Positions 23,555 to 37,416 of a DNA stretch of 64,000 nucleotides are shown here, one piece after another (the first letter of the stretch is position 1; every line of letters begins with the position of its first letter). The stretch is from contig CM041465.1 in NCBI GenBank assembly GCA_023213395.1, positions 131,199,741 to 131,263,740 of the forward strand. Reading direction: 5' to 3'. The position numbers and the translations under genes are program-made. The notes beneath the pieces were generated by a model. The model did not search any database and was not told the origin of the DNA. It saw only the letters and a program-made list of their open reading frames with translations. Source of the stretch: Cycas panzhihuaensis. Taxonomy: Eukaryota; Plantae; Cycadophyta.

Positions 23555-26500
23555 TGTCGAAAAATATAAATGTAAGCAAAAGTCGACAGGATCTTTCATA
23601 TCAGGCAGATCATAGTAGAAATCATGCACACAGGATATCAGATTGTCATGGAAAACTCTTACGGGTGAAAACCCACTATAATAATATTATTTATATTTTT
23701 GATAATGTAATATCATTACATAAGGTTGGACTTTAATCTATATTTATAAATCTCAAGTGCCCAAATATAATTACATTTACATCTATCAGCTTACCACTCT
23801 TGAGAATATTCCACCTATATATTAGACACATAAATAGGCCCACTTTATATTAATTGATATATTAACATATTCCAACATCCCCTCTTAATGTAAATGTAGG
23901 GTAACAAGGTTTATCCTTGGGAATAGATCCCCTCTTAAGGATAAACTTACCCAATATACATGAACATTGATGTAGCGATCTTTAGTTTAAGCTTGGTGAA
24001 TACATCCATAAGTTAATCTCCACTTGGACAATCTTCAACCTATATCTTCCATAATTTGATCTTCTCTCGAGTGTAATGGTGTTATGCCTTGTACGTGCTT
24101 GATTCTTTAGAAATGTTCCAATAGACCTTGCAACCATACAACTCTCTCTGCACCTCACACTTTGTCCATACAACTTAGCCATATTCCTTTGACTAAACCA
24201 AGAGGTCAAGTTGCTTGATCCATGTGAATCTCCTCTTCAAGACTCTATTAAGGAACGTTGATATCTTATTCATTTGATATGACACCTGACTATCTAAAAC
24301 TGCTAAAATAAGGATCAAACATACCAATAAATATTATAGAGACGGGTGCAAATATATCATCATACCTGAATCCTTCTTTTGCATGAAATCACTTGCTCAA
24401 CAAGCCTTCTAACTTGTAAATTGACGAAGTTCTTTGCTTCAATACAACTCTTCATTGCAAATCTTATCTCATTGGAGCATTGGTGTCTATTACGAGCTTT
24501 GACTGGTATGTTAATCCACATTTTTCAACCATCCTGTAGGTCTTCAACTACTAATAGAACATGGAGTTGTAATACATACCTCATCTCACAATGGTTCCTC
24601 ATCATCAATCTTCTGCTTAATCCTCCTTTTATTTCAAACACGATGCTAGGTAAACAAACCTCCACATATGTTGAATAATAGCTCAAAAAAGTGAAGAAAT
24701 AAAGAATAAAACTTGTAATCAGATGACATTCAACATGATATGTCAACAACTCTTAACATCTACACTAATCATATTGCATTTCCCCTACAAATCATATTGT
24801 AGCTAAGCAACCCATAGGCTTCAAACTCTTGCAATCGTACTACTATAATCTTCATCTAAGATACGTGCACTCTAATGTATCAAAAGAAATAAATGGAAGG
24901 CTTCTTACTTTGTCCAAATACATAATAAGAGGGGAATATATACCACGAACAATTACAACAAGGGATCCCAATACCTATTCACTACAGCTTTTGCCATAAA
25001 TCTATGGGAGGCAAACACTAACCTCACCATCTACATCATGATACCTGCTGCAATGCAATCTTACAGGATAATTGTTTATACCATGACAAAGGCATAACTA
25101 ATTTTAAGGCATCTCGTCTTTAGACCTTTCTATTCACACTTCAAATTTTATCAATTACTCTATCTCAATTCTACATCAGACTTGTTTAGATATGCATATA
25201 TCTGGAACCAACATCAAATAGGGCACAAATCCTTATGATATCATTAGTCCAACTAACCAAGTATAACACTCCATCATAACTGACAACCACTCGTATAAGT
25301 AAATTATGAACTTCATCTTATCTGATGCAATAGAACTCAAATATAATCTGAATAAACACACTCTTTTGCTTAATAAACCACATAGATATGAATTGTGTGC
25401 AATGATCTATGCCACACTAACCAATAGTAATAGAGTTTGCAATACTTGTAGTTAAGGTATCTCGTGCAAACTTGCCCTTCTTTGACCATCTCTCGCCTTG
25501 ATACTCGCTCTCAATCCTCTCTTATATAAATCGCATTCAAAGATGTAACTTAACATCTCATCTTGCCTATTCAAACATGCCCTTCCATACCCTCAAACTT
25601 GCCTAATCAACTTGCCATGTAACTCACATGCAACAAGTACCTCATCACCTCATATCACCCTATCATGCTCTCTTCTTTGCCCATAAAGCTCCTTCATGTA
25701 AGTCACATTCTAATGAGCACTAAGTCACCATATGTCACCCAACATTGCCACAACACCATCAATGAAGCATGCTCAATGCACTCTCTTCACCCATTAAACC
25801 CTGTCATGCAGTTGTATGTAATAAGGGCCATTCACCACCTTACCAAACAATCAAATAAAGTTGCCTCATTCACATCACTATATATCAACATGAAGCCTTA
25901 TAAAATATATTTATGCCACTTTAAAAAAGTATATACATTCATCAAAATGCCAAAATAAGATTACTAAAAAATGCATCAATCGATAACAATGTATATAAAT
26001 AAAAGGGGTACCAATAAAGCAACTCCAAATATGTTAAGGGTGACCTTATATCAAAATGTGAAATAACTTTATAAGATGAGGTACAAATATCAAAATATAA
26101 AGTTGTAAGTTAACTTTATAAACCTAAAGTGGTGAACTTTATATATATAGATAGATAGATAGATGGATGGATGGATGGATAGATAAGATGATATAATAAA
26201 GAGGCAATGCAACAAAATAAACGAGTGACATTGTATATTAAATGTTGGCATTCAAACTTTATAAAAATCAACGTAAAATATAATATATCAAATTGCAACA
26301 GCTACAAATAATTATACTTGAGCGAACTTTGCAAAAGATAAATACTAGCGGTGAACATAATTATAAAGACAGCAAATTCGAGTAAATCTCATGCAGGGAT
26401 CAATCGGTGGCTACTCTGATTTTTATCATACATGCAGGGTCATATCATGAAACTACATAATATTCATGGACAACATCAATAAACACACAAGTTTATAAAG

Positions 26501-27619
26501 AAATAGATGGTAGAATATATAATCATAATGGTGACGAATAGCGAGCGTAATAACATAAGCCATATATTAATTAAAGGGATTAATAAAAAATGGCAGCTGA
26601 CATATATGATATACGATTCAATATATCATACAATGTAATATAATAATATAGAGGATATACGATGGGCGATGATATATTGAACACTCAATATATTAATCAT
26701 AGGCAATGAACATAAACTAGCCAGCAATTAAATATACAGGTGATAATATAAATCAAAAACCCTAAAATATCAATCGGGGGATTATATAATGAGCATACCT
26801 TATATTTTTCACTGTATTATTATGACTTACGGACTTGCAATTACTCAACGAAGGCTCTACACTCTCCCACTAGCAATAAAGGGTTGGCAAATATTTGAAA
26901 CAGAGTACACAATTTCTCTTTATACATGGGTAGCCTCAAACACCTTCAAGATTCGACAGAAACACCTTTGGAGATTTGCAAACTCAATAGCATCGTCAAA
27001 CAAGGATCAGGCACCTTTAGCAGGCTTAAATGGGACTCAGATGGATGGCAATAGAGTAATCAGGGTTGCAAATCACCTTCAATTTATATGCACACCTCTA
27101 TAAGGCTTAGAATACCTGCAAACAAAAACAAAAGACTTATGGGATCCTTCAGTGAATATATGTACCTCTGTGACAATTCTACAGGGTTGTTAGACACGTC
27201 AATCCACTCAGAGCAAGCTAGCATGATCTGACACCAACGATTACGCCATCTGATAATAATACTCTACCTTTGCACGACCTACAAGCTTTGATACCATGTT
27301 GGGAAATATAAATGTAAGTAAAGGTTGTTAAAATCTTTCACATCAGGCAGATCACAACAGAAATCATGTACATGAGATATCAGATTGTCGTGAGAAACCC
27401 TAAAAGGTGAAAATCCACAATAATAATATTATTCACATTTTTTACAATCTAATATTATTACATAAGGTTGGACTTTGATCTATATTTATAGATCTCAAAT
27501 ACCGAAATATAATTATATTTACATCTATCGGCCCACCACTCTCAAGAATATTCCACCTATATATTAGGCACATAAATAGGCCCACTTTACATTAATCGAT
27601 ATATTAACATATTCTAACA
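23555..27619 (-). mobile_element. Internally deleted copia-derived LTR element D (4.07 kb, 323-bp LTRs)
   Basis: LTRs 23555-23877 and 27297-27619. Perfect TSD GAAAT at 23550-23554 and 27620-27624. PBS (rc) gctttgatacca 27285-27296. PPT (rc) tcccctctt at 23878. Only faint pol remnants (LKPMGCLA near 24800-24825). Confidence 0.92.
26141..26183. repeat. Compound (AT)n(ATAG)n(ATGG)n microsatellite
   Basis: atatatatagatagatagatagatggatggatggatggataga is visible directly. Confidence 0.9.
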
Positions 27620-27991
27620 GAAATATCTAATTTGCTTTAATTAAATTAAATTTTAGGAAAAAAAAAAAAAGGTGGTCTAAAATTAGATTTACCTCAACAT
27701 CTCTGTAAATCTAATCTGTATACTAAAAATCGAACTAAAGTAATCAAAATTATATCAACTCAATTGAAATCAATTGATTACAATCATACAATCAAATAAT
27801 TATAAGCTCTTTTAACCAATCTAATGACACTCTTCACATGAACATGACATTGATAACTTCATAACAAATATGAATAGATCCAAAATTCTAACATAAATGC
27901 AATAGCTCACATAGATAGTAGTTCTCCTCGAGCATGATCATGTCAAATGCATGGTGGAAAAATCCATACGAGTGACACGTAGTGGCTAATT

Positions 27992-28017
27992 TGATGATGA
28001 TGATGATGATGATGATG
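27992..28017. repeat. (GAT)n microsatellite in the copia A leader
   Basis: tgatgatgatgatgatgatgatgatg is visible directly. Confidence 0.9.
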
Positions 28018-29609
28018 GTCATGGCTTCTTTAAGCGTAACTCATTGGACTTGAAACAACTAGGAATTCATAGAAGTACTTCATACTTTCTTGTCCTTATA
28101 AAACATATATGGATTGCTTCGAAAAATCTCACGGATGAATGATATATAAATGTAAGGCAAAAATATCTTGATGAGTGCAAATATAAACACAAACATGTGT
28201 TATGATAAATATGTAGCGGTGCTCAATTCTCTCATGCAAACTTAACCCTTTCATAGCTAGGGAAAATTAGCAATGATTGAACAAGATTTCTCCATAGCCA
28301 AATATGCAAACAGGGATGAACAAGCAACTCACTTCTCATACGCAGGGCACTCAATAGATTAACATGCAAATGAAAACAACAAACAAAATGGCCAAACAAG
28401 GATAAATAGACCCAAATGAAAATAAGGGAATGAAACGACTCTGCAAATGAAATTAAATGAACTACAAATGAGATGAAATAACTCTATAAATAAGTGCGTC
28501 TACCAACTCAATCTCACAAGTGCAAATACAACAACAGTAGTAACAACTAACAAAAGCATGTATAATATTCAACAGAACACTATAAATGGGCAATAACTGC
28601 AACACATGTAAGCAGCACATAATAAAGGTATAGACCAGCAATAAACAAAAATACAAATAGGGTTTCCACAACAGACATACAAACAGATCTTCAAATACAT
28701 AACCACATACTAATCCACATGTATTGTAAGTATAATATTGTAATAGTGTTCAGGTTTCACTAAACCTTAAATCAACACAAACAACTAACAACTTCTTCAC
28801 AAAATACTAGCAAATTGGCATAACATTAACATAATATTGACACAAAAAATTGGTTGTCTTGGACAGATACGATTCTGGGTGAATAGAGCAAGCTGCGGCG
28901 CGGTGTATTAGAGTTTACTCGTTGCATCGACTTGGGTTTCTGCGGGAGATCCCTAAGAGGGTTCGACCCAGAGGATTTTGAGGGTGCTACACCCCACTTA
29001 TGATTCTTGGGAGGATAGAAAGCGAATTTGAGCGGTCCCACGCGATGGAATGTATGCATCTCCGGCCAAAGAGAATGGCATAACAAATCCAGTGAGAGCA
29101 AATCCAAATAGGTGAAGTGGGGTGGAAGCTTCTCCCCCAGAACGGAGGACGGCTGTTGTAGGAGAAGGACGTGAACCAAGGGCTTCATGGGAGGACAAGT
29201 GGCTACTACTAATAAAGCCTTACACTCGGTTCAAGGACATGATGGAGGTGAAGGTAGAGGAGCCATTGTTATCCACCCCAAAGTCGAGCCATTACTACTG
29301 GGTGCAAAATGCGAGTTGTTACGGGTCCAAGTGGGCGGTTATACGGAGGATGAAGAGGGCAAAAGAGGAGCCCATTTATCGGTGGGAAGGACGCACTCGG
29401 GGCCCAAACGGTCATATTTTGCTAGAGGCGAGGCATCATGTCTAGGAGCTCCCTCGAGCAAGAAAAGTGGACGGATATCACCTTGAGAAGGAGAGGGCGG
29501 ACACGCATCCGAATCGGAAGGAGGTGAGTCAGAATCGAGATCTCCTTTTGAAGTGGTTGAGGACTGCTTTTGATTCAAATGGTAGCTTTATTTATTTATT
29601 TTTAAATTA

Positions 29610-31010
29610 TGGAGGAAGTCCTGTATGAAAGGAATATGGAATTGAATTAGACTGATTAGCTACAAAACCTTAACCATACTCAAAAACCCCCCCTCAAATA
29701 AAAAATCGTGCCTGGAGGCATTAAGGAACGAAGAAGTGAAGAAATTCTACATAGACCTTATCATAGAGGAGGATCATATCAAAATCCTTGTACCTAAAAG
29801 ATTGTCTGATCGGATGGAAAAACATTGGAGAGACAACTTAGTGGGGCTCTTTTTAGACCCTAGGCCAAAGGTTAATCCCATAAGAAAATGGGTAACCCAG
29901 AGATGGAAGTTGAAAGGCCCGATGGAGGTTATTCTACTCCCAAAAGGGTGTATGCTTTTCAAGTTCACATTTCAAGAAGACATGGTAAATGTATTATTAA
30001 AATCACCCTGGATAATGAGGAGAAGGGCGGTGTTCATAGAGAAATGGCACCTGGATTTTGATGTGGCTAAGGGCTCCATCAAGCAAATTCCCTTTTGGGT
30101 TCAGTTACTAGGTTTCCCACTTCTAGCATGGGATCTAGATGTTATTAGAGGGGCAGCAACGGCTATAGGACTTCTCCTAGCAGTGGATTTAGCCACAAAG
30201 AACAGGAGTTGATTAGTGAATACTAGGTTCTGTGTTCTGGCCAGAACAGATAAGCCCCTTCCTAACCAGGGGATAATCGATGGGTTCATGTGGAACAAAG
30301 AACAAAAACTAATGTATGAGCTTGAAAATATGAGATGTCTAAAGTGTAAATGTTTGGGTCACCTCTCTCATAGTTGTCTAAGGCCAAATTCTATGATGAC
30401 CTTTGACGATGAAAAGAAAAAGGATAATGAGGAGCTGAGTAGTCTCAAAGAGGGCTTGGAAGAGGTAGAGGGGAATGAAAAAGCCCAAATAGACGCTGGA
30501 TGGGAGCCAAATCTAAGAGAGGTTGGGCAAGAACTTAATCTAATAGAGGTAGGAAAGGACCTAAACTTGGACGAAGAAGATACTCTTTTCAAAGAAGGGG
30601 AGAACGAACTAAGGGCCCCCCTAGACCTTACACAAACCCAACCCAAAGAGCTCCATCCCAAAAACATAAGCAAGGAGATTATTAAAGAAATAAAATATAT
30701 GAGGGAGCTTCCTCAAGGGGTAGGAAGACCTTCCCCAGATAAACAAGATGAGTAAAGGAAACTTGAGAAGGTCTAGAAGGTAAGAGAAATAGGGATCCAG
30801 GAAGAAGCAAAGGAACTAGATCATACCAAGGGGCCCGATTTCGGAAGTGAGAAGAGGCCTAGGAGGCCATCATCAAAGGTGTTGCAAGAAAGGGGGGCAA
30901 TGCTTCAGATAGATAAAGGAACATAGCACACTCTAAGACACAGAGGAGGAGGGCAGGGACCCAAACTAAGAAGCAAAAGTTGTTGAGGTCCGGAGAGGAG
31001 AGAGGGATGA
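29610..31010 (+). pseudogene. LINE-A ORF1 (DUF4283-like RRM region plus zinc knuckle); true start uncertain and may lie further upstream
   Basis: LVGLFL...WK...GCMLFKF...VLLKSPW...WVQLLGFPLLAW...YE...RCLKCKCLGHLSHSC (CX2CX4HX4C) in ORFs 29736-30212 and 30216-30755. Confidence 0.88.
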
Positions 31011-31016
31011 GTTAAC

Positions 31017-33196
31017 ATGAAACATGCCTACTAAAATATATGGGGCATAAATGCCCCTTCAAAGTACAGAATGGTAAAAGAGTTGCATGTCCACCTCGAG
31101 TTGGATATCCTTCTTATCCAAGAGACTAAATTGGTAGCTGAGAATAGAGAAAAAATAAAGAACAGAGTATGGAGGGGAGTCGAGTGGATTGCCTTAGATG
31201 GGTGCATGGGCTCAGGTAGATTATCCACTGTGTAATCTGAGAGGTTAGGAGGGAGAGGCCTGTCACACCGAGGAACACCTTATATCAAGTTGGTTGACTT
31301 GCAAAAAATCAAACATCAAGTGGTTGGTATCAAATATTTATGCCCCCCTAACACAGGAGGGGTAGAATCGATTATGGGCTAGGCTATTGGAGGCCCATAA
31401 GGAGTGGTTGGGCCCTTAGTTGATTACAAGTGATTTTAATACAGCCCTATCCCCTAAGGAAAAGAAGGGTGGGCAAATCAAGTGAACAAAAAGCATGGAT
31501 GATTTAGGGGGTTTTTATGCAGAAGGGAGGTTTGATGGATGTCTCCTTAAGAGGCCCTAAGTTTACTTAGTCAAATAGAAGATTGGGGGTAAATCATATT
31601 CAGATCAGATTATACAGAGTATTAGTCAACTATGCTTGGGCAACATCATTTTGGAAGCTCTGCCAAAATCGGTCTCGGACCATTCCCCCCCCCCCCCCCC
31701 GTGCTGGGATTCAATGAAAATCAAGGTCATACGGGAGCCCCTTTCCACTTTGAGTTGATGTGGGCAAAAGACCTAGGCCTTTGCAATCTAATTGCAGAGT
31801 GGTGGAAGATCCTTATTCAAGGTTGTGCAATGTTTGATTTTCAAAAAAACTGAACTAGGTGAAGCATCAAGTCAAATAATGGAATAAGAAATCCCACAAG
31901 GATATCTTTGTCATAAAGAACCAGATCATGGGGGATCTAAAGGCACTAGAGGAGAAAATTCAGGAGGAAGGGAGATCTCTTTCCCTTGGGAGATTTCTTT
32001 CCCTGGACCAGAAGGAAAAAAGCCTCCTTACCGAAATGGAGGGAGTTTTGGCCAAGGAGGAAATCTTATTGAGACAAAAGTTTAGGGCCATGTGGCTTAC
32101 CAAGGGAGATAGAAACACAAAATTCTTCCATATGACAACTTTGAAACACAGAACTTGTAATCAAATCAAAACTTTGGTTAATAATGATAGGGAGGAAATA
32201 TCGGAGCAAAAAGCTATTAAGGACGCAGTGGTGGATTATTTCAAGGACCTATTTAATGAGCCAAGGTGTGTGGATGAGGAAGCCAGGAGAGAGTTGTTGG
32301 CCATGATCTCCAAAAAGGTTGGAAATATTATGAACAGAGCTTTAGAAGCCCCTTTCTCAATGAAGAGATGAGGAAAGCCATTTTTGGCATGAAAAGAGAG
32401 AAAGCTCTCAGTCTTGATGGCTTCTCTCCTGGGTTTTATCAGGAGTATTGAAATATTATTAAAGATTACCTCCTAGAGGTTGTGATGGAATTCTTTGAAA
32501 ATGGCAAGATCCATGGAGAATGGAAGGCCACTTTCCTAGTTTTAATACCAAAGAAAAGTGATGCAAAAGGAATGGAGGACTTCAGGCCTATCAATCTGTG
32601 CAATGTGAAGTACAAAATCCTTGCCAAGATTCTAGTTAACAGGCTAAAGAAAATTCTCCCTAGGATTATAGGCCCAAGTTATGATGGATATGTAAAAGGT
32701 AGACAAATTTTGGATGGAATCATTGTGGTTCACAAAACGGTCCATTCGACCTCTTAGAGGAAGGAGGCCAATATGATCATTAAGATTGACCTCTCAAAGG
32801 CTTATGACGAGGTATCGTAGGGGTGCTTGATAGATTGCATCAGAGCCTTCAACTTTGGAGACTAGTGGAGGAACTAGATAGAGAGTTGTATCTCAAAGTC
32901 GAGTTTCTTAGTGATTGTAAATGGCACCTCCTCAGCTTTTTTCCTAGGCTTTAGAGGTTTGAGACAAGGGGACCCCTTAGCCCCTTACCTATTCATCATC
33001 GTGGTCAAACTGATGGGCAGATACATGGAGGAGGCCAGGAAAATCTAGAAGATAGCAGGCCTAAAGCCCACCTTGGGCGTTAATAATATTGTCCACCATC
33101 ACTTTGTTGATGACAATATTCTCCTAAGTAGAGCATCCACAAAGGAAGTCAGAGCTATAAAAGCAAAACTTGCAAGGTTTGAAGCAGCAACAAATC
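31017..33196 (+). pseudogene. LINE-A ORF2, 5' part (AP endonuclease and RT up to the FxDD motif)
   Basis: MKHAY*NIWGINAPSK, LIQETK, GDRNTKFFH, FRPINLCNVKYKILAKIL, DLSKAYD, LRQGDPL, HFVDD. Many TGG>TAG type stops. Confidence 0.9.
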
Positions 33197-36100
33197 TAGG
33201 GGCTTGAATGCCCCTTCGAAGCAAAGAATAATTAAGGATATGAGAGCCAGATATCAGTTGGATCTCTTATTTTTGCAGGAAACAAAGTTATCCAGGGAGA
33301 ATGGATTAAAGATTAGAAACAAAATCTGGAAGCATGCGGAAGGCACCGAGAGGGACTTTAGTCAAGGGGCCGGAGGGCTGATGGTCCTGTGGAACCCTGC
33401 TATCTGGTCAGGAGAAATCTTCATGATGGAGGACTCCTTCATCTCGGTTAGATTAACAAGCAAAATCAACAGTTTTACATGGTTGGCCACCAACGTATAT
33501 GCCCCAACTCATCAAGCTGCTAGGAAGGGGCTATGGGACAGATTGATTGAAGCCCATAGAGACTGTCGGCTCCCATGGCTGCTGGCGGGTGATTTCAACA
33601 CGGCTCTATCCCCTGGTGATAAGAAAGGCGGTATCGGGGGCTGGACCTCTAGTATGGCGGATTTTGGTGATTTCCTTCAGCGTGGGGGTTTGGAAGATGT
33701 TAGGCTTAGGGGGGCTTCTTACACCTGGACTAACAAGAGGCTGGGGGACCACCATATTCAAATCAAGCTTGACAGGGTCTTGGTGAATTACGATTGGATG
33801 AGGAATTTCGCTGACTTTGCGCTTGAAGCTTTACTAGGATCGATTCGATCACTCGCCTCTTCCGCTCCAATTTTCGGATCTAGCTAAATTCAACGGCGCC
33901 TTTAGATTTGAATTAATGTGGCTTCGCCATCGGATCTTCGAAGCAAAATTGTGGATTGGTGGGGCATAGACATTAAAGGGCATGCTATGTTTAGATTTTC
34001 AAAGAAGCTGGATTGGGTTAAAAGGCAAATAAAGGCCTGGAATAAGGAGGTCTTTCAAAACTTAAATGCTCAAAAGGATAAAGCATTTGGGATCCGAAAA
34101 GCTAGAGGATCACATCGAGCGGTTGGGCAGATCTCCAGAGCTCGACAAGGTGGAGAAGGAGCTCTCAGAGTCTATGGAGGAGATACTTAACAGAGAAGAG
34201 ATCCTCTGGAGACAAAATCTAGGGCTCTGGTTGGTCAAGGCGGTAAATACTAGATTTTTCCACATGTATCAGTAAAGCATAGAGAATAATGTAATCATGA
34301 CCTCCTTAAGGATGATGGGATGCCAGACTGCTCGATCGAGGGTATGAAGGAGTTGGCTAGTGACTACTTCAAGAACCTTTTTCTGCCGCTAGGGAGGGGG
34401 GTCGGGAGAAGAGAGTTCTGGATAACATTCCTTGTTTGGTGAATGGGGAGGCGGAATGCACTTATAGCCCCCTTCACTCAAGAGGAGGTCAAGGCGGCCC
34501 TCTTTGGTATGAAGAAGGATAAGGCGCGGGCACGGATTCCGGTTTCTTTCAAGAATGCAGGATATTATCAAAGGAGACCTCATGGAAGCCACGAAGGAGT
34601 TTCAGGTGAACAGGAAGATTCTGCAAGAGTGGCAATCCACCTTTCTAGTCCTTATCCCCAAGAAGGATGGGGCCAAAAGGATGGAGGAGTTAGCCCCATA
34701 AGCCTTTGTAATGTTAAGTACAAAATCCTCTCTAAGGTTCTGGTGAATAGGTTGAAGAAATTTATGCCAGACATTATCTCCCAGAACCAGGATGGTTTTA
34801 TTCGGGGTGAGCACTATATGATGGCTATATAGTTGTGCAAAACAATACACTCTAACTGCGGAAAGGAAAGAGCCTATGATGCTTATCAAGATCGATCTGA
34901 AGGCTTTCGACAGTCTCTTGGGATCGCTGCTAGGCCGCTGAGTGCATTCGGTTTTGGTGAGACTTGGCGGTCATGGATTAATCTTTGCATTAGTAAACCG
35001 TTATTCTCTGTTATTATAAGCGGTTCTTCCTCGAGTTCTTCCTGGATTGAGGGTGAGACAAGGAGATCCTCTTTCTCCTTCTTGTTTATTACGATGGTCG
35101 AGCTCTGGGTAGAACCTTGGAGGCGGCGGGGGCCATAAAAGGTATAAAGCCGACATCCGGGTGGATAATGTGGCTCATCACCAATTGCTGATCGACAATA
35201 TTTTTTGGGAAAGGCTACCGTAAGGGAGGCATCTAAATTCAAAGAGTTGTTGGGACATTTTGAGGAGGCTTGTGCCAAAAATAAATTTGGCCAAGAGCAA
35301 TGTCTTTTTATTAATACCCCAGGTCGTGTCCAAGGCAGGATTAGCAGAACCTTGGAGATGAGCATCAGAAAGCTTCCCACCACTTATCTTGGGCTGCCTC
35401 TTTTTGTTGGGAGAATGACAAAGGATATGTGGGATCCCTTATTGACAGTCGCAAAGGAAGTGGCGGTGGAAAGGTGCCCTCTTGAGCCTGGCCGGAAAAC
35501 TGCAGCTAGTTGCCTCGACGTTGCAGAGCATCCCTGTTTTCTGGATGTCTATATTCGTGGTTCCAAATGGGTATTGCTAGCATTATTGAATCTATCCGTA
35601 AAAGATTCCTCTGGCCTGGGGCTCGGAGAGCAAGGACGAGGATTCACCGTAAGTCGGACTAAAGTATGCATGTCGAAATGGGTCAAGCGGCCTCAACACG
35701 AGAAGGACCTCTCTTTTCAATCGCCCTTGGAGCGAAATTGGGTTGGCGTTTATTCAAAGGAGGCGAGGCTTTGGGTGAAGATCCCGGATAGAAAATACAT
35801 TCAAGGGGCTCCTCCTGAAATGAGGTTTCGCGGGTTCTATAGTCCTGAGAAGCATACTCAAAGCTTGGATGAATATAAGGAGTGGTTTGAAATGGAGGCT
35901 TGGGGATGGTAACTCCATCAGATTTTGGGATGACGTCGGGTGTAGTGACGGAGCGCTTAAGGAATGCCCGGTCCTGGAGCCCATTATGGGACCCTGCATT
36001 AGGCATTATGGTACTCAGGTCAAGGATTATTGGACCGGGAGTGGCAATAATAGAAGTTGGAAGTCCCTCGAGGAAATTCAATCTGAAGATCGGCAAGAGA

Positions 36101-37401
36101 GCGTCAACAAGCTTAAAGGGATTTTAGGAAAAAACTATATTCCTAGATCGTCCTCGCCAGATTCCGTTGTGGCCTCTCTGCCGTCTGGGGATTATTCTGC
36201 TAAACAAGGATATCAGTTCCTATGCTCAGCCAGAGGTGACCTCAGTAATTCTACCCTTGCTAGCGTTTGGAAGCTCCCTCTTATCCCTAAGATTGCCATT
36301 TTCTGGTGGACGTGTTTGAGGAACAAAATTCTCACCCTAGACAATCTTAAGAGGAGAGGTTTTTCGCTGGTTAATAGATGTCCTCTATGTCGCTCGTGAG
36401 GAGGAATCTATGGATCACATATTTATTGGGTGCTCTTTACTAGAGATGTCCGGAGGATCTTTGCTTGGGAAGTTAGAGGTCTGTTGGATTTTTTCAGAGA
36501 GGATTACTGACTTATGGTTGGCTTGGCTTAGCCCCTTCAGGAGTAGGACTGAGCAACATATGGAAGTGCATGCTTCCGATTTTGGCCTGGAATATATGGA
36601 AGGAGAGAAACCGGAGAATTTTCCAGGATACCAAGATGGATCAGATTGCCGTTTATGGCAGAATTAGTTTGGACATAAAGGAAAATGTTGGGAACGTGAA
36701 GGAGAAACGTCTTTCCTTGTCGGAGAGCAGGATTTTAAGTAGTTGGGGTATTCAGCCTGATTTTGAGGTGGCTAGACCCAGGTGCAGTAGTTGGCAGCCC
36801 CCAGAGGAGCCCTGGTTTAAAGTTAACTTTGATGGGGCGGCCAAAGGGAACCCTGGTGAAGCGGGCGGTGGGGGTGTTTGCAGGGACTGGACCGGTTCCC
36901 TTGTGTGGGCTTTGCGATTACTACGATAGGCAGACAAATCATTATGCGGAGATGAGGGCCATGTTTAAAGCCCTGGACCTTGCTGTTGAAGGAAATACCC
37001 AACGATTAATCCTCGAGGGGGATTCAGAGGTGGTGATCAAGGTTCGAGAGGGAGGCCCTTCCGGACTGGAGATTCCAGTCCCTTTTTAATGATGCCAAAG
37101 AGATCATTAAGGGGCTAGAGGAAGTCCAAATTAGGCATACTGCGTGAGGCAATAAGCCGGTGATTTCTGGCAAAAGCAGTAAGTCACCGAAATGGTCAAG
37201 TCCGGAGAGGTGAGTTTCTAGGGATCTTATGGTTACGCTGAGAGGGACATGATCAAGACTAGCCGAGGGGCTTGTCCCGGCTTTCTTCCTAGACCGGTGG
37301 AACATCACGGTCGGTTCTCGAGGTCGATTAACGTTCTGCCAGTATTAGGTTGTGGGAGCCTGTTCAAACCCACTTTAATTCATTTTACCTTATCAAAAAA
37401 A
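33197..37401 (+). mobile_element. Young 5'-truncated L1 LINE (LINE-B) nested in LINE-A, with a near-complete ORF2 (EN, RT, zf-RVT, RNase H)
   Basis: Perfect 15-bp TSD aagcagcaacaaatc at 33182-33196 and 37402-37416. Ends cttatc(A)n. Motifs RGLNAPSK, FLQETK, LAGDFN, KLDRVL, PISLCNVKYK, YLGLPL, KILTLDNLKRRG...CPLC, WFKVNFDGAAKGNPG, ILEGDS. Confidence 0.95.
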
Positions 37402-37416
37402 AAGCAGCAACAAATC

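Noticed and set aside
28826-29578. Minus-strand ORFs over the LINE-A 5' end as antisense genes
   Set aside because: Long antisense frames are expected in GC-rich sequence and no domain signal is present.
31686-31700. C15 run in LINE-A as a G-quadruplex or regulatory element
   Set aside because: It sits at the SDHxP proline codons of the endonuclease and is most simply homopolymer slippage or read error.
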